From Gemmatimonadota bacterium (lineage in GTDB: Bacteria; Gemmatimonadota; Gemmatimonadetes; Longimicrobiales; Gaopeijiaceae): DNA of 64,000 bases. The notes beneath the pieces were generated by a model, which did no database searches, was not told the origin of the DNA, and was given only the letters and a program-made list of their open reading frames with translations. The position numbers and the translations under genes were made by a program. This document shows, in pieces, positions 38,786 through 48,660 of the stretch. The first letter of the stretch is position 1. Every line of letters starts with the position of its first letter. Location: positions 44,145 through 108,144 of the forward strand of contig JBDHHQ010000021.1 of assembly GCA_039589315.1 (NCBI GenBank). The letters run 5' to 3'.

Positions 38786-40216
38786 ATGAAGGTCGGCAGG
38801 CGCACGGGCGCGATGGTGATCCTGGTCTGTGGGTGCTCGGTAGCTGCTGCTGTGCCCGACGTAATCCGGGCCCAGACCTACCCACCCGACGAGTACGTCG
38901 AGCTGTCCCGGGAGATCTTCCAGGAGCTCATCGACATCAACACGACCAATTCGGTGGGCGACAACACCGCGGCGGCGCAGGCCATGGCGGACCGGCTGCT
39001 CGGGGCCGGCTTCGACCCCGCCGATGTCCACGTCATCGAGGCCGCCCCGCGCAAGGGCAATCTGGTAGCCCGCCTGCGGGGCAGGGACTCCGGTCGGCGG
39101 CCCATCCTGCTCCTGGCTCACATCGACGTGGTGGAGGCCGATCCTGCCGACTGGAATCTGGACCCGTTCACGTTCGTGGAGCAGGACGGCTTCTACTACG
39201 GCAGGGGCACCACCGACGACAAGGACGAGGCCGCGATTCACGTGGCCAATCTGATCCGCATGAAGCGTGAGGGCTTTGTCCCGGACCGGGACATCGTGAT
39301 CGCGCTGACCGCGGACGAGGAGGGGGGGCCGGCCAACGGCGTGGCGTTTCTCCTGGCCAACCACCGGGAGCTGATCGATGCCGAGTATGCTCTGAACGAG
39401 GGTGGGGGCGGTGTCATCCAGAACGGCCGCCGGATCTCCAACACCGTCCAGGCGGCGGAGAAGGTCTACCAGAGCTTCCGCCTCGAGGTCTTGAACCCGG
39501 GTGGCCACAGCTCATTACCCCGCGAAGACAACGCGATCTACGAGCTTGTCCATGCACTGACCCGGATCCAGGAGCACGGGTTCCCGGTCATGCTGAACGA
39601 CGTCAGCCGGGCCTACTTCGCGGCCACGGCGAACCTCGTGGAGCCCCAAACGGCAGCCGCCATGCGCCGGGTTCTCGGCGATCCTCCCGATCCGGGTGCC
39701 GTGGAGATCCTCTCCCACATCCCGGCCTTCAACTCCCGCATGCGGACGACGTGCGTGGCGACGATGCTGGCGGGCGGGCATGCGGAGAACGCTCTGCCCC
39801 AGCGAGCCCAGGCCGTGGTCAATTGCCGCATCGTGCCGGGACACGACCCCATGGACGTGAAGGCGACGCTCGAGCGGGTGGCTGACCAGCCCGGCTTGAC
39901 CGTGACGCCCATGGACGATGCGACGCCCAGCCCGCCGTCGCCGCTGGCTCCGGAGATCCTCCAAGCCGTGGAGCGGATCACGGAGGAGATGTGGCCCGGC
40001 GTCCCCGTGGTTCCAGCCATGAGCACCGGAGCCACCGATGGCCTCTACCTTCGGAACGCGGGCATCCCCGTGTACGGTGTGTCCGGACTCTTCCGCGACA
40101 TCGACGACAATCGGGCGCACGGGCAGGACGAGCGGATCGAGATCCGGTCGTTCTTCGAGGGGATGGAGTTTCTCTACCGCCTCACCGTGGAGCTCTCGTC
40201 GGCGGACGTGAGCTAG
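38786..40216 (+). CDS. Secreted M20 family metallopeptidase
   Basis: Signal peptide; LLAHIDVV, GTTDDKD, ADEEGG, NEGGG, HGQDER. Confidence 0.9.
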   Translation: MKVGRRTGAMVILVCGCSVAAAVPDVIRAQTYPPDEYVELSREIFQELIDINTTNSVGDNTAAAQAMADRLLGAGFDPADVHVIEAAPRKGNLVARLRGRDSGRRPILLLAHIDVVEADPADWNLDPFTFVEQDGFYYGRGTTDDKDEAAIHVANLIRMKREGFVPDRDIVIALTADEEGGPANGVAFLLANHRELIDAEYALNEGGGGVIQNGRRISNTVQAAEKVYQSFRLEVLNPGGHSSLPREDNAIYELVHALTRIQEHGFPVMLNDVSRAYFAATANLVEPQTAAAMRRVLGDPPDPGAVEILSHIPAFNSRMRTTCVATMLAGGHAENALPQRAQAVVNCRIVPGHDPMDVKATLERVADQPGLTVTPMDDATPSPPSPLAPEILQAVERITEEMWPGVPVVPAMSTGATDGLYLRNAGIPVYGVSGLFRDIDDNRAHGQDERIEIRSFFEGMEFLYRLTVELSSADVS

Positions 40217-40250
40217 AGTGTGGCGCTGCAAAAGCAGCGCGCCACTCTAG
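40213..40250. terminator. Hairpin between convergent genes
   Basis: CTAGAGTG-tg-GCGCTGC-AAAA-GCAGCGC-gc-CACTCTAG; no U-tract. Confidence 0.5.
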
Positions 40251-40379
40251 TGTGATGACACCAGTGGAGCCCTAGCCCCAGGCAGTGGAGCGCGATCAAC
40301 GGGCCGGAGCGGGGGCATCCGGCCCGGCTGCCCCCGCCCCGCCAAAGGGTCGAGTCGGTCGCGCCTGTCGTGCCCGTCC

Positions 40380-41342
40380 CTACTGCACCACGATCGTTCC
40401 CGTCATCCCGGCGCCCTGGTGGGGCTCGCAGAAGTAGGGGAGGGTGCCGGGGTTGATCAGCAGCACCTCCAGCACCACGCCGGGAGCGTTCGTTTCGGTC
40501 CGGTCCCAGGCCGAGTGGTTCTGGGGCGTCACCGTGTGGAACATGTTGTCCTCGTTGATCCAGCGGATCGTGGTGCCACGAGCGACGACCTCGCTGCCGC
40601 CCCCGCTGGGTCCGACGAACCGGAGGCCACTGGTCAGCGAGATCTGAACGACCGGGCTCTGCTGGGCCAGCTCGACGTCGAAGTCCAGGTCCACCGTCCC
40701 TCCGCCCGTCACGGTCGCCGCTTTGGTGGACTCCTCTCCCGTCACGAGGCGGAACGCCGCCGGGAGCGTCACGGTCACCGAGTACTCGCCCGCCTCGAGG
40801 TCCTCGAATCGGTACTGTCCGTCGTCCTCTGTCGTGACCTCACCCGCGGGACCTGCCGGTCCCTCCAGGCTCACCACCACGCCCTGGACGCCTTCGCCCC
40901 CGAGGCGAATGTGCCCTTCCACCTCTCCCGTGACGGCCGGGAGCTGCCGGTCCAGAAGCATGGTCAAGTTGGAGGTCTGGCCCGAGGACACCGTCACGTT
41001 GACCGGGCTCGCCTGGCCCTGAGCCAGTTGGAAGCCCGTGGGTGGCGTGATCGCCACCTGATAGGCACCGGGCTCAAGGTCCGCGAACGAGAAGGACCCG
41101 TCCGCGGCGCTGGTGGCCGAGCGGCTGGCGCCACCACTGAGCGCGATCGAGGCCCCTGGGACACCCTGGCCCGCGTCATCCTGCACGCTGCCGGCGATGG
41201 CGCCCGGGTCGGGCGCCGGCGGGTCCGGCGGCGTCACGCCGCCGTTGCCGCTGTCACTGTCGCTGCAGGAGAAGAGCAGCGGTGAGGAAAGGGCCAGGAG
41301 CAGCGCCGTGCGCCTGGAAAGAGACGAACGTGGAACGGTCAT
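40380..41342 (-). CDS. Lipoprotein with two carboxypeptidase-regulatory-like beta domains and C-terminal cupredoxin
   Basis: LLFSC lipobox; DGSFSFADLEPGAY and DGQYRFEDLEAGEY; type-1 Cu ligands HTV...YFCEPHQGAGM. Confidence 0.82.
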   Translation of the reverse strand: MTVPRSSLSRRTALLLALSSPLLFSCSDSDSGNGGVTPPDPPAPDPGAIAGSVQDDAGQGVPGASIALSGGASRSATSAADGSFSFADLEPGAYQVAITPPTGFQLAQGQASPVNVTVSSGQTSNLTMLLDRQLPAVTGEVEGHIRLGGEGVQGVVVSLEGPAGPAGEVTTEDDGQYRFEDLEAGEYSVTVTLPAAFRLVTGEESTKAATVTGGGTVDLDFDVELAQQSPVVQISLTSGLRFVGPSGGGSEVVARGTTIRWINEDNMFHTVTPQNHSAWDRTETNAPGVVLEVLLINPGTLPYFCEPHQGAGMTGTIVVQ

Positions 41343-41638
41343 GAGCGGCCTCCAACGAGGTGGGGAAGAGTGGGGTCATTCAAACTTAAATCACATGAGT
41401 CCGTACCGCGAGGATGCGTCGTAGAGGTCGCCCCCATCCGCCACGTACCTCACGAATCGGTGGGGCGGTGCACCGGAGGCTGCTGGTCAGCGAGATCTGG
41501 TTACCGTGGGGCGTGGATGGCGCACGGCACCGTCACCGCCGCGTCGAGCCTGCCGGACGCAGGGGGGTTGCGGCACCCGGGGGGATCGCCGGTAGGATGG
41601 ACCGTCACTGCAGAGTCGTCCTCATAGCCTGCGAAGCC

Positions 41639-41872
41639 ATGGTCGCCCCACGCGGATATCGGTCCCACTACCTGCCCCGCACCCGGCGTGGCTGGGTCGC
41701 GCTGGTGGCCTTTCTGGCCCTGTTCGCGCTCACCCAACCGCCGGTCGTCCACGGCCTGGTGAACCATACGGAACCCTGGATCTCGGGCCTGCCCTTCCTC
41801 TACGCGTGGCTCCTCGCGGTGTACACGGCGCTCATCGTAGTGCTGCTGTGGATGCTGCGGAGGGGGCTGTGA
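41639..41872 (+). CDS. Small 2-TM SSS-partner protein (DUF3311-like)
   Basis: NHTEPWISGLPFLYAW; lies upstream of an SSS gene. Confidence 0.7.
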   Translation: MVAPRGYRSHYLPRTRRGWVALVAFLALFALTQPPVVHGLVNHTEPWISGLPFLYAWLLAVYTALIVVLLWMLRRGL

Positions 41873-41996
41873 ACCGCCCCGTCCCCGTCCGGGGTCACAG
41901 GACCCTCGGCGTCGAGGTGGGACCGTCTCGCCGGACCCCGCCAGGAGCAAGCCGGCTCGCAGGCATGCGGCCACCCGGGCGCAGACACGACCGCTG

Positions 41997-43490
41997 ATGG
42001 AGCCCTGGATCGTCGCGACAGGGCTGATCTTCGCCTACCTGATCGTCACCATCGCCATCGGGGTGGTGGCGAATCGACGCCTCGAGGTGGATCTGGAGGA
42101 CTTTCTCCTGTACGGGAGAAAGGCGGGGCTGATCGTACTGTACCTCACGGTGGTGGCCACCTACCACTCGGCCTTCGCTTTCCTGGGATCGGGCGGGTTC
42201 TTCTACACACACGGAATCGGCTTCTGGGTGGCGGGCGCCTGGACGGTTCTGACCGGGGCCATCACCTACGTGCTGGGCACGCGCATCTGGGCGTTGGGCA
42301 AGAAGTTCGGCTATATCACCCCTGCGGACCTGGTGGCGGACTTCTACGAGAGCGAAGCGGTGCGCGTGGTCGTGGCCATGGTCTCGGTGCTCTTCACGAT
42401 CCTCTACATCCAGGTCCAGGCCCAGGGCCTCGGCTACATCCTGTCGGTGGCGTCGGGCGACCGCATCTCGTTCGAAGTGGGAACGCTGATCCTGCTGATC
42501 GTCGCGGCCGGCTACCTCATGGCGGGGGGGCTCCGCGCCGTCTACTGGACCGACGTGATCCAGGGGATCTGGATGTACGCCGCCGTCTGGATCGGCGCCC
42601 TGTTCCTGGCGTATCAGCTGTTCGGCGGTCCCCTCGAGCTGTGGCGGGCGGTGGCGGCCGAGCGCCCCGATCTCCTGGCTCTGCCAGGTCCCAGGGGCTT
42701 CTTCACCCCGGGGATCTGGTTCGGGATGACGATCGCCCTGTCCTTCGGCATCATCTTCCAGCCTCACCTCATGATCCGGTTCTACACGGCCGACTCGGCG
42801 CGGACCGTGAAGATCCTGGGGGCCACCACCCCCATCTATCTGATGACGCTGTACATCCCCGCCGCCCTCGTTGGACTCGGGGGGGCGCTCGTTCTCCCCG
42901 ACCTGGCCGTGCCCGATCGCGTCTTCCCCGAGCTGCTCTTCCAGTTCGCCCCGGCGTGGCTCACGGGAATCATCCTGGCAGGGGCTACTGCTGCGGCAAT
43001 GTCCACGCTGGACTCGATCCTCCACTCCAACATGACGGTGCTCACTCGCGACGTATATCAGCGCTACGTCCGCCCGGACGAGACCCAGGGGCACTACATC
43101 CTGGTGGGCCGCATCCTCGTGGTGGGACTGCTGGCCGTCGGGTACATGCTGTCCGTGACCACCTTCGACTTCCTGGTGACCCTGGTCACCATGTCCGGGG
43201 CGGGGGCGCTGCAGCTCATGCCGGCGGTGTTGGGCGTGTGTTTTCCCACCCGGCACCCCCTGACGAAAGCCGGGGTGTTGGCGGGGATCGCAGTGGGCCT
43301 GGCCACCCTCTACCTGACCCTCGTCGCGTGGCCGCACCCGCTGGGACTCCACGCCGCGGTGTGGTCGGTGACGGCCAATGGCCTGGTGGCATGGGCCGTT
43401 TCCCGCGTGACCCCCGGGCCCTCGGAGGCCACGGTGCGGCGGATCCACGGCGAGATCGAGCGCTTCGTGTACGGCGACGGGGCGGTCTGA
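41997..43490 (+). CDS. Sodium:solute symporter family protein
   Basis: SAFAFLG, GYITPADL, GGLRAVYWTDVIQG, AAAMSTLDS. Confidence 0.9.
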   Translation: MEPWIVATGLIFAYLIVTIAIGVVANRRLEVDLEDFLLYGRKAGLIVLYLTVVATYHSAFAFLGSGGFFYTHGIGFWVAGAWTVLTGAITYVLGTRIWALGKKFGYITPADLVADFYESEAVRVVVAMVSVLFTILYIQVQAQGLGYILSVASGDRISFEVGTLILLIVAAGYLMAGGLRAVYWTDVIQGIWMYAAVWIGALFLAYQLFGGPLELWRAVAAERPDLLALPGPRGFFTPGIWFGMTIALSFGIIFQPHLMIRFYTADSARTVKILGATTPIYLMTLYIPAALVGLGGALVLPDLAVPDRVFPELLFQFAPAWLTGIILAGATAAAMSTLDSILHSNMTVLTRDVYQRYVRPDETQGHYILVGRILVVGLLAVGYMLSVTTFDFLVTLVTMSGAGALQLMPAVLGVCFPTRHPLTKAGVLAGIAVGLATLYLTLVAWPHPLGLHAAVWSVTANGLVAWAVSRVTPGPSEATVRRIHGEIERFVYGDGAV

Positions 43491-43550
43491 CCGGTCGGCT
43501 GGCTCAGCCCGCTCCGGAGCGAAGACCCTTGACCCATCCGTTCCAACCTT

Positions 43551-43595
43551 GCCACTATTACGATCATCTACTCAGATGACCGGTATAGCGATGGC
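43551..43595 (+). promoter_or_regulatory. Extended imperfect palindrome upstream of PadR-ADOP cassette 2
   Basis: GCCA-CTAT..CG-aTCATCT-ACTC-AGATGAc-CG..ATAG...TGGC, AT-richer than flanks. Confidence 0.45.
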
Positions 43596-43673
43596 CGTAC
43601 GAGTGTCAGCGTGGGACACGAGTCCCCGACGCTCGAACGGGTGCTCTGACGACCACGATCCGGGAGGGACTCC

Positions 43674-44015
43674 GTGCCGGAACCGAGGGACGCCCAGGAC
43701 TTTCTCCCCCTGACCCACCTCTCGCTGTCGATCTTGTTGGCGCTGGGCGACGGCCGCGCCCACGGCTACGCGATCATCAAGAGGATCGAGAGGGAGAGCG
43801 GCGGCCGAACCCGCCCGGGTGCCGGAAGCCTCTACGCGGCCCTGGACCGGCTGGTGTCCGACGGGCTCATCGAGGAGAGCGGGCCGAGCCCGGGGGAGGA
43901 TCAACGCCGACGGTACTACGGACTGACGCCCATGGGGCGCCGGGTGACGCGGGCCGAGGCCGCCAGGCTGGCCGAGGTGCTGGCGGTGGCGAACGTGAAG
44001 GGGCTGGCGCCCTGA
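43674..44015 (+). CDS. PadR family transcriptional regulator
   Basis: ILLAL.DGRAHGYAI, GSLYAALDRL, RRRYYGLT. Confidence 0.9.
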   Translation: MPEPRDAQDFLPLTHLSLSILLALGDGRAHGYAIIKRIERESGGRTRPGAGSLYAALDRLVSDGLIEESGPSPGEDQRRRYYGLTPMGRRVTRAEAARLAEVLAVANVKGLAP

Positions 44016-44102
44016 TAGAGCGGCAGGGGGCGCGACCTTGGAGACCTGGTCGTCGGGAGTGGAGCGAAGCGCGGAGGCAACGGTGAGGGAGGGGAGGCAG
44101 CG

Positions 44103-46775
44103 GTGAGAGAGGATCGTCTCACGGGGTTGTACCGACGAACGTTGAGAGCCCTGCCCAGGGGCTTTCGCGAGCGCCGGGGCGAAGACCTGGCGCGACTGTT
44201 CGAGACGTTGGTGACGGACGCTCGTCGCCGGGGTGGGGGCGCTACGGCGGTGGCCTGCCTGGTGCGGGAGAGCGCGGACGTGCTCATGACGGCGGTCCAG
44301 TTGCGGATGAGGGGACGTGAAACGGAGGGAGGCGGGGCGATGGACAAGCTGGGACTGGACCTGTGGCGGTACGATCTTCGTCTGGCAGTGCGTGGGCTCG
44401 GTCGAAGCCCCGGTTTCGTGGCCGTCGTGGTGGTCACGCTCGGGCTGGGCATCGGCGCAACCACGGCGATCTTCAGCGTGGTCAACGGGGTGCTGTTGCG
44501 GCCGCTGCCGTTTCACGAGGCCGAGCGGCTCGCGCTGGTCTGGGAGAACGACCGTGAGACGGGCTCGGTGCGGGAGGCGGGATCCTGGCCCGACTACCTC
44601 GACATCCGCGAAAGGACCCGGGCCTTCTCCGACGTGGCCGCGTTCGGCTCCAGATCGGCGAACCTGACCCGGGCCGACGCCGACCCCACCCGGGTCCGCA
44701 TGACCGCGGTCACCGACAACCTGGATGCGGTGCTGGGCGTCTCGCCCGCGCTGGGACGGGGTATCCGCGCAGAGGAGGCGAGACCCGGGGGCGGGCTGGT
44801 CGCCGTCCTCACGGACGGCTTCTGGGCCAGGGGGTTCGGACGAGACCCCGAGGTGTTGGGCCAACTCCTGTCCATCGATGACGAAACCTACACGATCGTG
44901 GGGGTGCTTCCGTCCGGTCTCGAGTACCCGGAGGAGACGACGGATCTCTGGGCTCCGCTCCAGACCGACGCCGAGCTGACCCCACGCTGGACCCATCCAT
45001 ACACCATGGTGGGGCGCTTGGCGCCGGGGGTCTCCGTCGACGCGGCACAGGCCGAGGCGTCGGCCATCATGGCCGACCTCGAGGCGACCTTCCCCGAGAA
45101 CGAAGCCCGGGGTGCCTTCGTGGAGCCGATCGAGGATGTGATCCGCGGGAACGTGTCGACCCCCCTGATGATCCTGTTCGGTGCGGTGTTCCTGGTGCTC
45201 CTCGTGGCCTGCGCGAACGTCGCCAACCTGTTCCTGGCCCGCGGAGCCCAGCGAACCACGGAGTTGGCCGTGACGGCCGCGCTGGGAGCCAGCGCCGGTC
45301 GTATGGCGCGTCGGTTCCTGGTGGAGAGCCTGCTGCTCACCGGCGCCGCTGCGGTGGTGGGCGTCGTCCTGGCTTTCGCCGGAGCCCGTACGATCATGGC
45401 GGCCGCGCCGGTCGAGGTCTCCTCCCTCGGGCGGGTCACGCTGGATAGCGACGTGCTGGCGTTCACCGTGCTCACGACCTTGGCGGTGGGGGTGCTGTTC
45501 GCCCTGGTCCCGGCGCGCCAAGCGTACAACGTGGACCTGCAGGGCGCTTTGAAGGAGGGACGCAGCCAGGGCGGGGCCGGGGGGTTGGACAAGCTGCGCG
45601 CCCGCCGGGTGCTGGTGGTCAGCCAGATGGCCCTGGCGATGGTGCTACTGGTGGGGGCGGGGCTGCTGATCCACAGCCTGTGGAAGATCCAGCAGATCGA
45701 TCCGGGGTTTCGGACGGAGGGGATCCTCCGTGCCGAGTTCCAGCTACCCAGCTCCCGCTACCCCCGGGACTTTTCGGTCTATCCCAGATGGGCCGAGGTC
45801 CACGCTTTCAATCAGGCACTCACCGAGCGGGCCCGGGGCCTGCCCGGCGTGCAGGCAGCGGCGATCGTGAGTCAGCACTCCCTCGATCCAGGGTTCACGA
45901 ACAGCTTCCTGGTCGTCGGCCGTGAGGCCGAGTCGGCGGACTGGGGTGAGCTGGTCACTCGTCTGGTGGGTCCCGCATACTTCGCCACGACCGGGTTGCG
46001 CGTCGTGGAAGGGCGCGCCTTCGACGAGAGCGACGACGCCGAAGCGCCGCTGGTGGCCCTGGTCAACCGTGCCACGGTGGAACGCTACTTCCCCGACCAT
46101 CCGGTGATCGGGTCGCAGATCCGCTTCTGGGGCATGGCGCGCGAGATCGTGGGGATCGTGGAAGACGAGAAGATGTATGGGCTCACGACGGAGACACCAC
46201 CTGCCGTCTACGCGTCGATGAAACAAGCCCCCCAGACCGGTCGGGCCACCCTCATGGTGAGGACCACGGGCGATCCCTTGTCCCTGGCAGATCCGATCCG
46301 AGCGGCGGTGGCAGAGCTGGATGCGGACATCCCGGTCTATAACGTCGCGACCATGGATCAGACGCTGGCCGACTCCCTGGCCAGGGAGCGCTTCACCTCA
46401 CTGCTGCTGGCGGTCTTCGCGGGAGTCGGGCTCCTGATCGCGCTCATCGGCGTGCATGGGGTGCTCAGCTACCTCGTTGCGCAGCGGGGCCATGAGGTGG
46501 GGGTGCGGATGGCCCTGGGCGCGAGCCGTGGGCAGGTGCGCAGGATGGTGGTCTCACAGGGTATGGGACTGGCCGTGGCGGGGATCGCCCTGGGCCTGGC
46601 CGCGGCCCTTGGTGTGTCCCGTCTCCTGGGCGGGCTCCTATACGGAGTCTCCCCCACGGAGCCGTTCACCTATGCGGCTGTGGCGGGCGTGTTGGCGGTC
46701 GCGGCTCTGGTGGCCAGCGCCCTTCCGGCACGCCGGGCTACCAGGATCGACCCGGTGGAGGCGCTCAGAAGCTAG
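44103..46775 (+). CDS. ADOP (duplicated MacB/FtsX orphan) ABC permease
   Basis: LYRRTLRALPRGFRER prefix; DLRLAVRGL.RSPGF, LLVACANVANL, EVGVRMALGA, PARRATRIDP. Confidence 0.9.
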   Translation: MREDRLTGLYRRTLRALPRGFRERRGEDLARLFETLVTDARRRGGGATAVACLVRESADVLMTAVQLRMRGRETEGGGAMDKLGLDLWRYDLRLAVRGLGRSPGFVAVVVVTLGLGIGATTAIFSVVNGVLLRPLPFHEAERLALVWENDRETGSVREAGSWPDYLDIRERTRAFSDVAAFGSRSANLTRADADPTRVRMTAVTDNLDAVLGVSPALGRGIRAEEARPGGGLVAVLTDGFWARGFGRDPEVLGQLLSIDDETYTIVGVLPSGLEYPEETTDLWAPLQTDAELTPRWTHPYTMVGRLAPGVSVDAAQAEASAIMADLEATFPENEARGAFVEPIEDVIRGNVSTPLMILFGAVFLVLLVACANVANLFLARGAQRTTELAVTAALGASAGRMARRFLVESLLLTGAAAVVGVVLAFAGARTIMAAAPVEVSSLGRVTLDSDVLAFTVLTTLAVGVLFALVPARQAYNVDLQGALKEGRSQGGAGGLDKLRARRVLVVSQMALAMVLLVGAGLLIHSLWKIQQIDPGFRTEGILRAEFQLPSSRYPRDFSVYPRWAEVHAFNQALTERARGLPGVQAAAIVSQHSLDPGFTNSFLVVGREAESADWGELVTRLVGPAYFATTGLRVVEGRAFDESDDAEAPLVALVNRATVERYFPDHPVIGSQIRFWGMAREIVGIVEDEKMYGLTTETPPAVYASMKQAPQTGRATLMVRTTGDPLSLADPIRAAVAELDADIPVYNVATMDQTLADSLARERFTSLLLAVFAGVGLLIALIGVHGVLSYLVAQRGHEVGVRMALGASRGQVRRMVVSQGMGLAVAGIALGLAAALGVSRLLGGLLYGVSPTEPFTYAAVAGVLAVAALVASALPARRATRIDPVEALRS

Positions 46776-46822
46776 CGAGGGCCGTTGCGCTGCGGCCCGT
46801 GGCGCCGCACTCATCCGGTGCC

Positions 46823-48322
46823 ATGCGGCAATCGGCTTCTCCCTCGCTCACCCACGTTCTGTACAGCGCGGTCTTCACCGCGGTGGCGCTGCGCGCGTTC
46901 CTGCTCCCGGTGTCGCCAAACGACTCGTGGTGGCACCTGGCGACAGGCAGGATGATCGTAGAGGGCGGGGCGATTCCCACGTCGGACGTCTTCTCGTACA
47001 CCTATCCCGGGACGCCGTGGTTCGACCAGCCCTGGCTGGCCCAGGTCGTCCTTTACCGACTCCATGGACTGGGTGGCGTGCCGCTAATGGTCTTCTTCGC
47101 TTTCCTGCTCCTTGCGGTGACGTTCGCGCTGCTCCTACGGCTGTGCGGGCGCATCACGGGTGACGCGAAGCTGGCGGCCGCCTTGTTGATCGTGACCCTC
47201 CCGGCTTCGTCGCCCAACTGGAGCCTCCGTTCCCAGATCTTCGCCATTCCGCTTTTCGTCGCCTTTCTCGTGATCCTGGCCGAGTGGCGCGCCGGGAGGA
47301 ATCGGCAGGGGCTTTGGCTCCTGCCCGTGTTGATGGCCGTGTGGGTCAACGTACACGGCTCCTTCGTGCTCGGGGGGATGCTGCTGGGCCTGGTGGCCCT
47401 GGGCTCGGCCCTGGAGCGGTACCGGGCCCGGCGAGAGGGCCGACCGGTGGCCATACCGCCGCTCCGCCACCTGCTCCTGTGGGGGGTCGTCACGGCTCTG
47501 GCGACGTTGTTGAATCCGAGGGGGCACGAGGTCATCGGGTACGTCGCCGGTCTCCTGGGGGACCCAGCGGTCCAGGGCCTCATCCAGGAGTGGCAGGCGC
47601 CGCACCCAGCCAGCTTCGTGGGCGCGGCGTTTCTGTGCTACGCGGCCGTCACGGTCCTGACGGTGCTGCTGAGCCGGCGCCGGTCCGACGCGACCGAGAT
47701 CCTGACGTTCGCCGTCTTCCTCGCGATGGCGCTCGGGGCCGAGCGCCACGTCGCGTGGTTCGCACTGGTCACCACGCCGATGTTCGTGGGAGCCGCGGCG
47801 GAGATCCCCTGGATCCGCTCGTCTTGCGCGAGGGTCGAGACGCCGGCGGCGCTGAACCGGAGTCTGATCGCCAGCTTCGGCGTGCTCGTCCTGGCTGCCT
47901 CACCGTGGCTCAAGCCGCAGCTGCCGTGGCCGTCCGGTGTCCGCTCTCTCCTTTCGGCGGACACGCCGGTGGCCGCTTTGGCAGCGCTCCAACGAGACCC
48001 GGATCCGCCCTCCCGCCTCTTCCACAGCGAGGCCTTCGGATCGTACCTGATGTGGGCCGCCCCCGAACGGCAGGTGTTTGTCGACACCCGGGTCGAGCTC
48101 TATCCGCTCGAGCACTGGCAACGTTATGGCGAGACGAGTCAGGGACGAGGGGCTCGAGAGACATTCGAGCTCCACAGCGTCGACGGGCTGCTACTGGATA
48201 CGCGGCGGCAGGCCGGGCTGGTGGGCTGGGCTCTCCGGAGCCCCGATTGGAGTCTCCGGTACCGCGACCGGAGAAGCGCCTACCTGGTGAGGGCCGAAGG
48301 GCGTCCCGATGGAGGTCCGTAG
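46823..48322 (+). CDS. Multi-TM membrane protein, possibly GT-C-type glycosyltransferase
   Basis: DSWWHLATGR...IP..DVFSYT, WVNVHGSF, LLNP.G, FGSYLMW, VFVDTR. Confidence 0.6.
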   Translation: MRQSASPSLTHVLYSAVFTAVALRAFLLPVSPNDSWWHLATGRMIVEGGAIPTSDVFSYTYPGTPWFDQPWLAQVVLYRLHGLGGVPLMVFFAFLLLAVTFALLLRLCGRITGDAKLAAALLIVTLPASSPNWSLRSQIFAIPLFVAFLVILAEWRAGRNRQGLWLLPVLMAVWVNVHGSFVLGGMLLGLVALGSALERYRARREGRPVAIPPLRHLLLWGVVTALATLLNPRGHEVIGYVAGLLGDPAVQGLIQEWQAPHPASFVGAAFLCYAAVTVLTVLLSRRRSDATEILTFAVFLAMALGAERHVAWFALVTTPMFVGAAAEIPWIRSSCARVETPAALNRSLIASFGVLVLAASPWLKPQLPWPSGVRSLLSADTPVAALAALQRDPDPPSRLFHSEAFGSYLMWAAPERQVFVDTRVELYPLEHWQRYGETSQGRGARETFELHSVDGLLLDTRRQAGLVGWALRSPDWSLRYRDRRSAYLVRAEGRPDGGP

Positions 48323-48399
48323 CTCAGCCGGCGCCCATGCGTCGACGCGGAAGTGGGCTGGGCCTCTCGCTCTACCAGGCCGACTCCGGACCCGATCAG

Positions 48400-48660
48400 C
48401 GACCGGCAGCGGCGTCGTGGAGGAGGTGTCCGAGGCCCATGCGCCGGAGCATGGCTGCGAAGCGCCCAACGGTGCGCATCGGCGGAGGAAGGGTTGAGCT
48501 CCAAGGCCCGGTCCAGCTCGGCGCGGGCTCCCCGGAAGTTCCAGTCGTGGTAGAGCAACGACAGCGCTCGGGCGACGTGGGCCGCCGGTAGGTCCGGATC
48601 GAGGGCCAGGGCCCTGTCCGCGGCCTCCCGGGCCCGTGGCAGGATCTCACCGGCCCGGCC
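48400..48660 (-). pseudogene. Fragment of a TPR domain (type found on kinases/adenylate cyclases)
   Basis: EILPRAREAADRALALDPDLPAAHVARAL...HDWNFRGARAELDRALELNPSSADAHRW; no credible start, degenerates afterwards. Confidence 0.65.
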
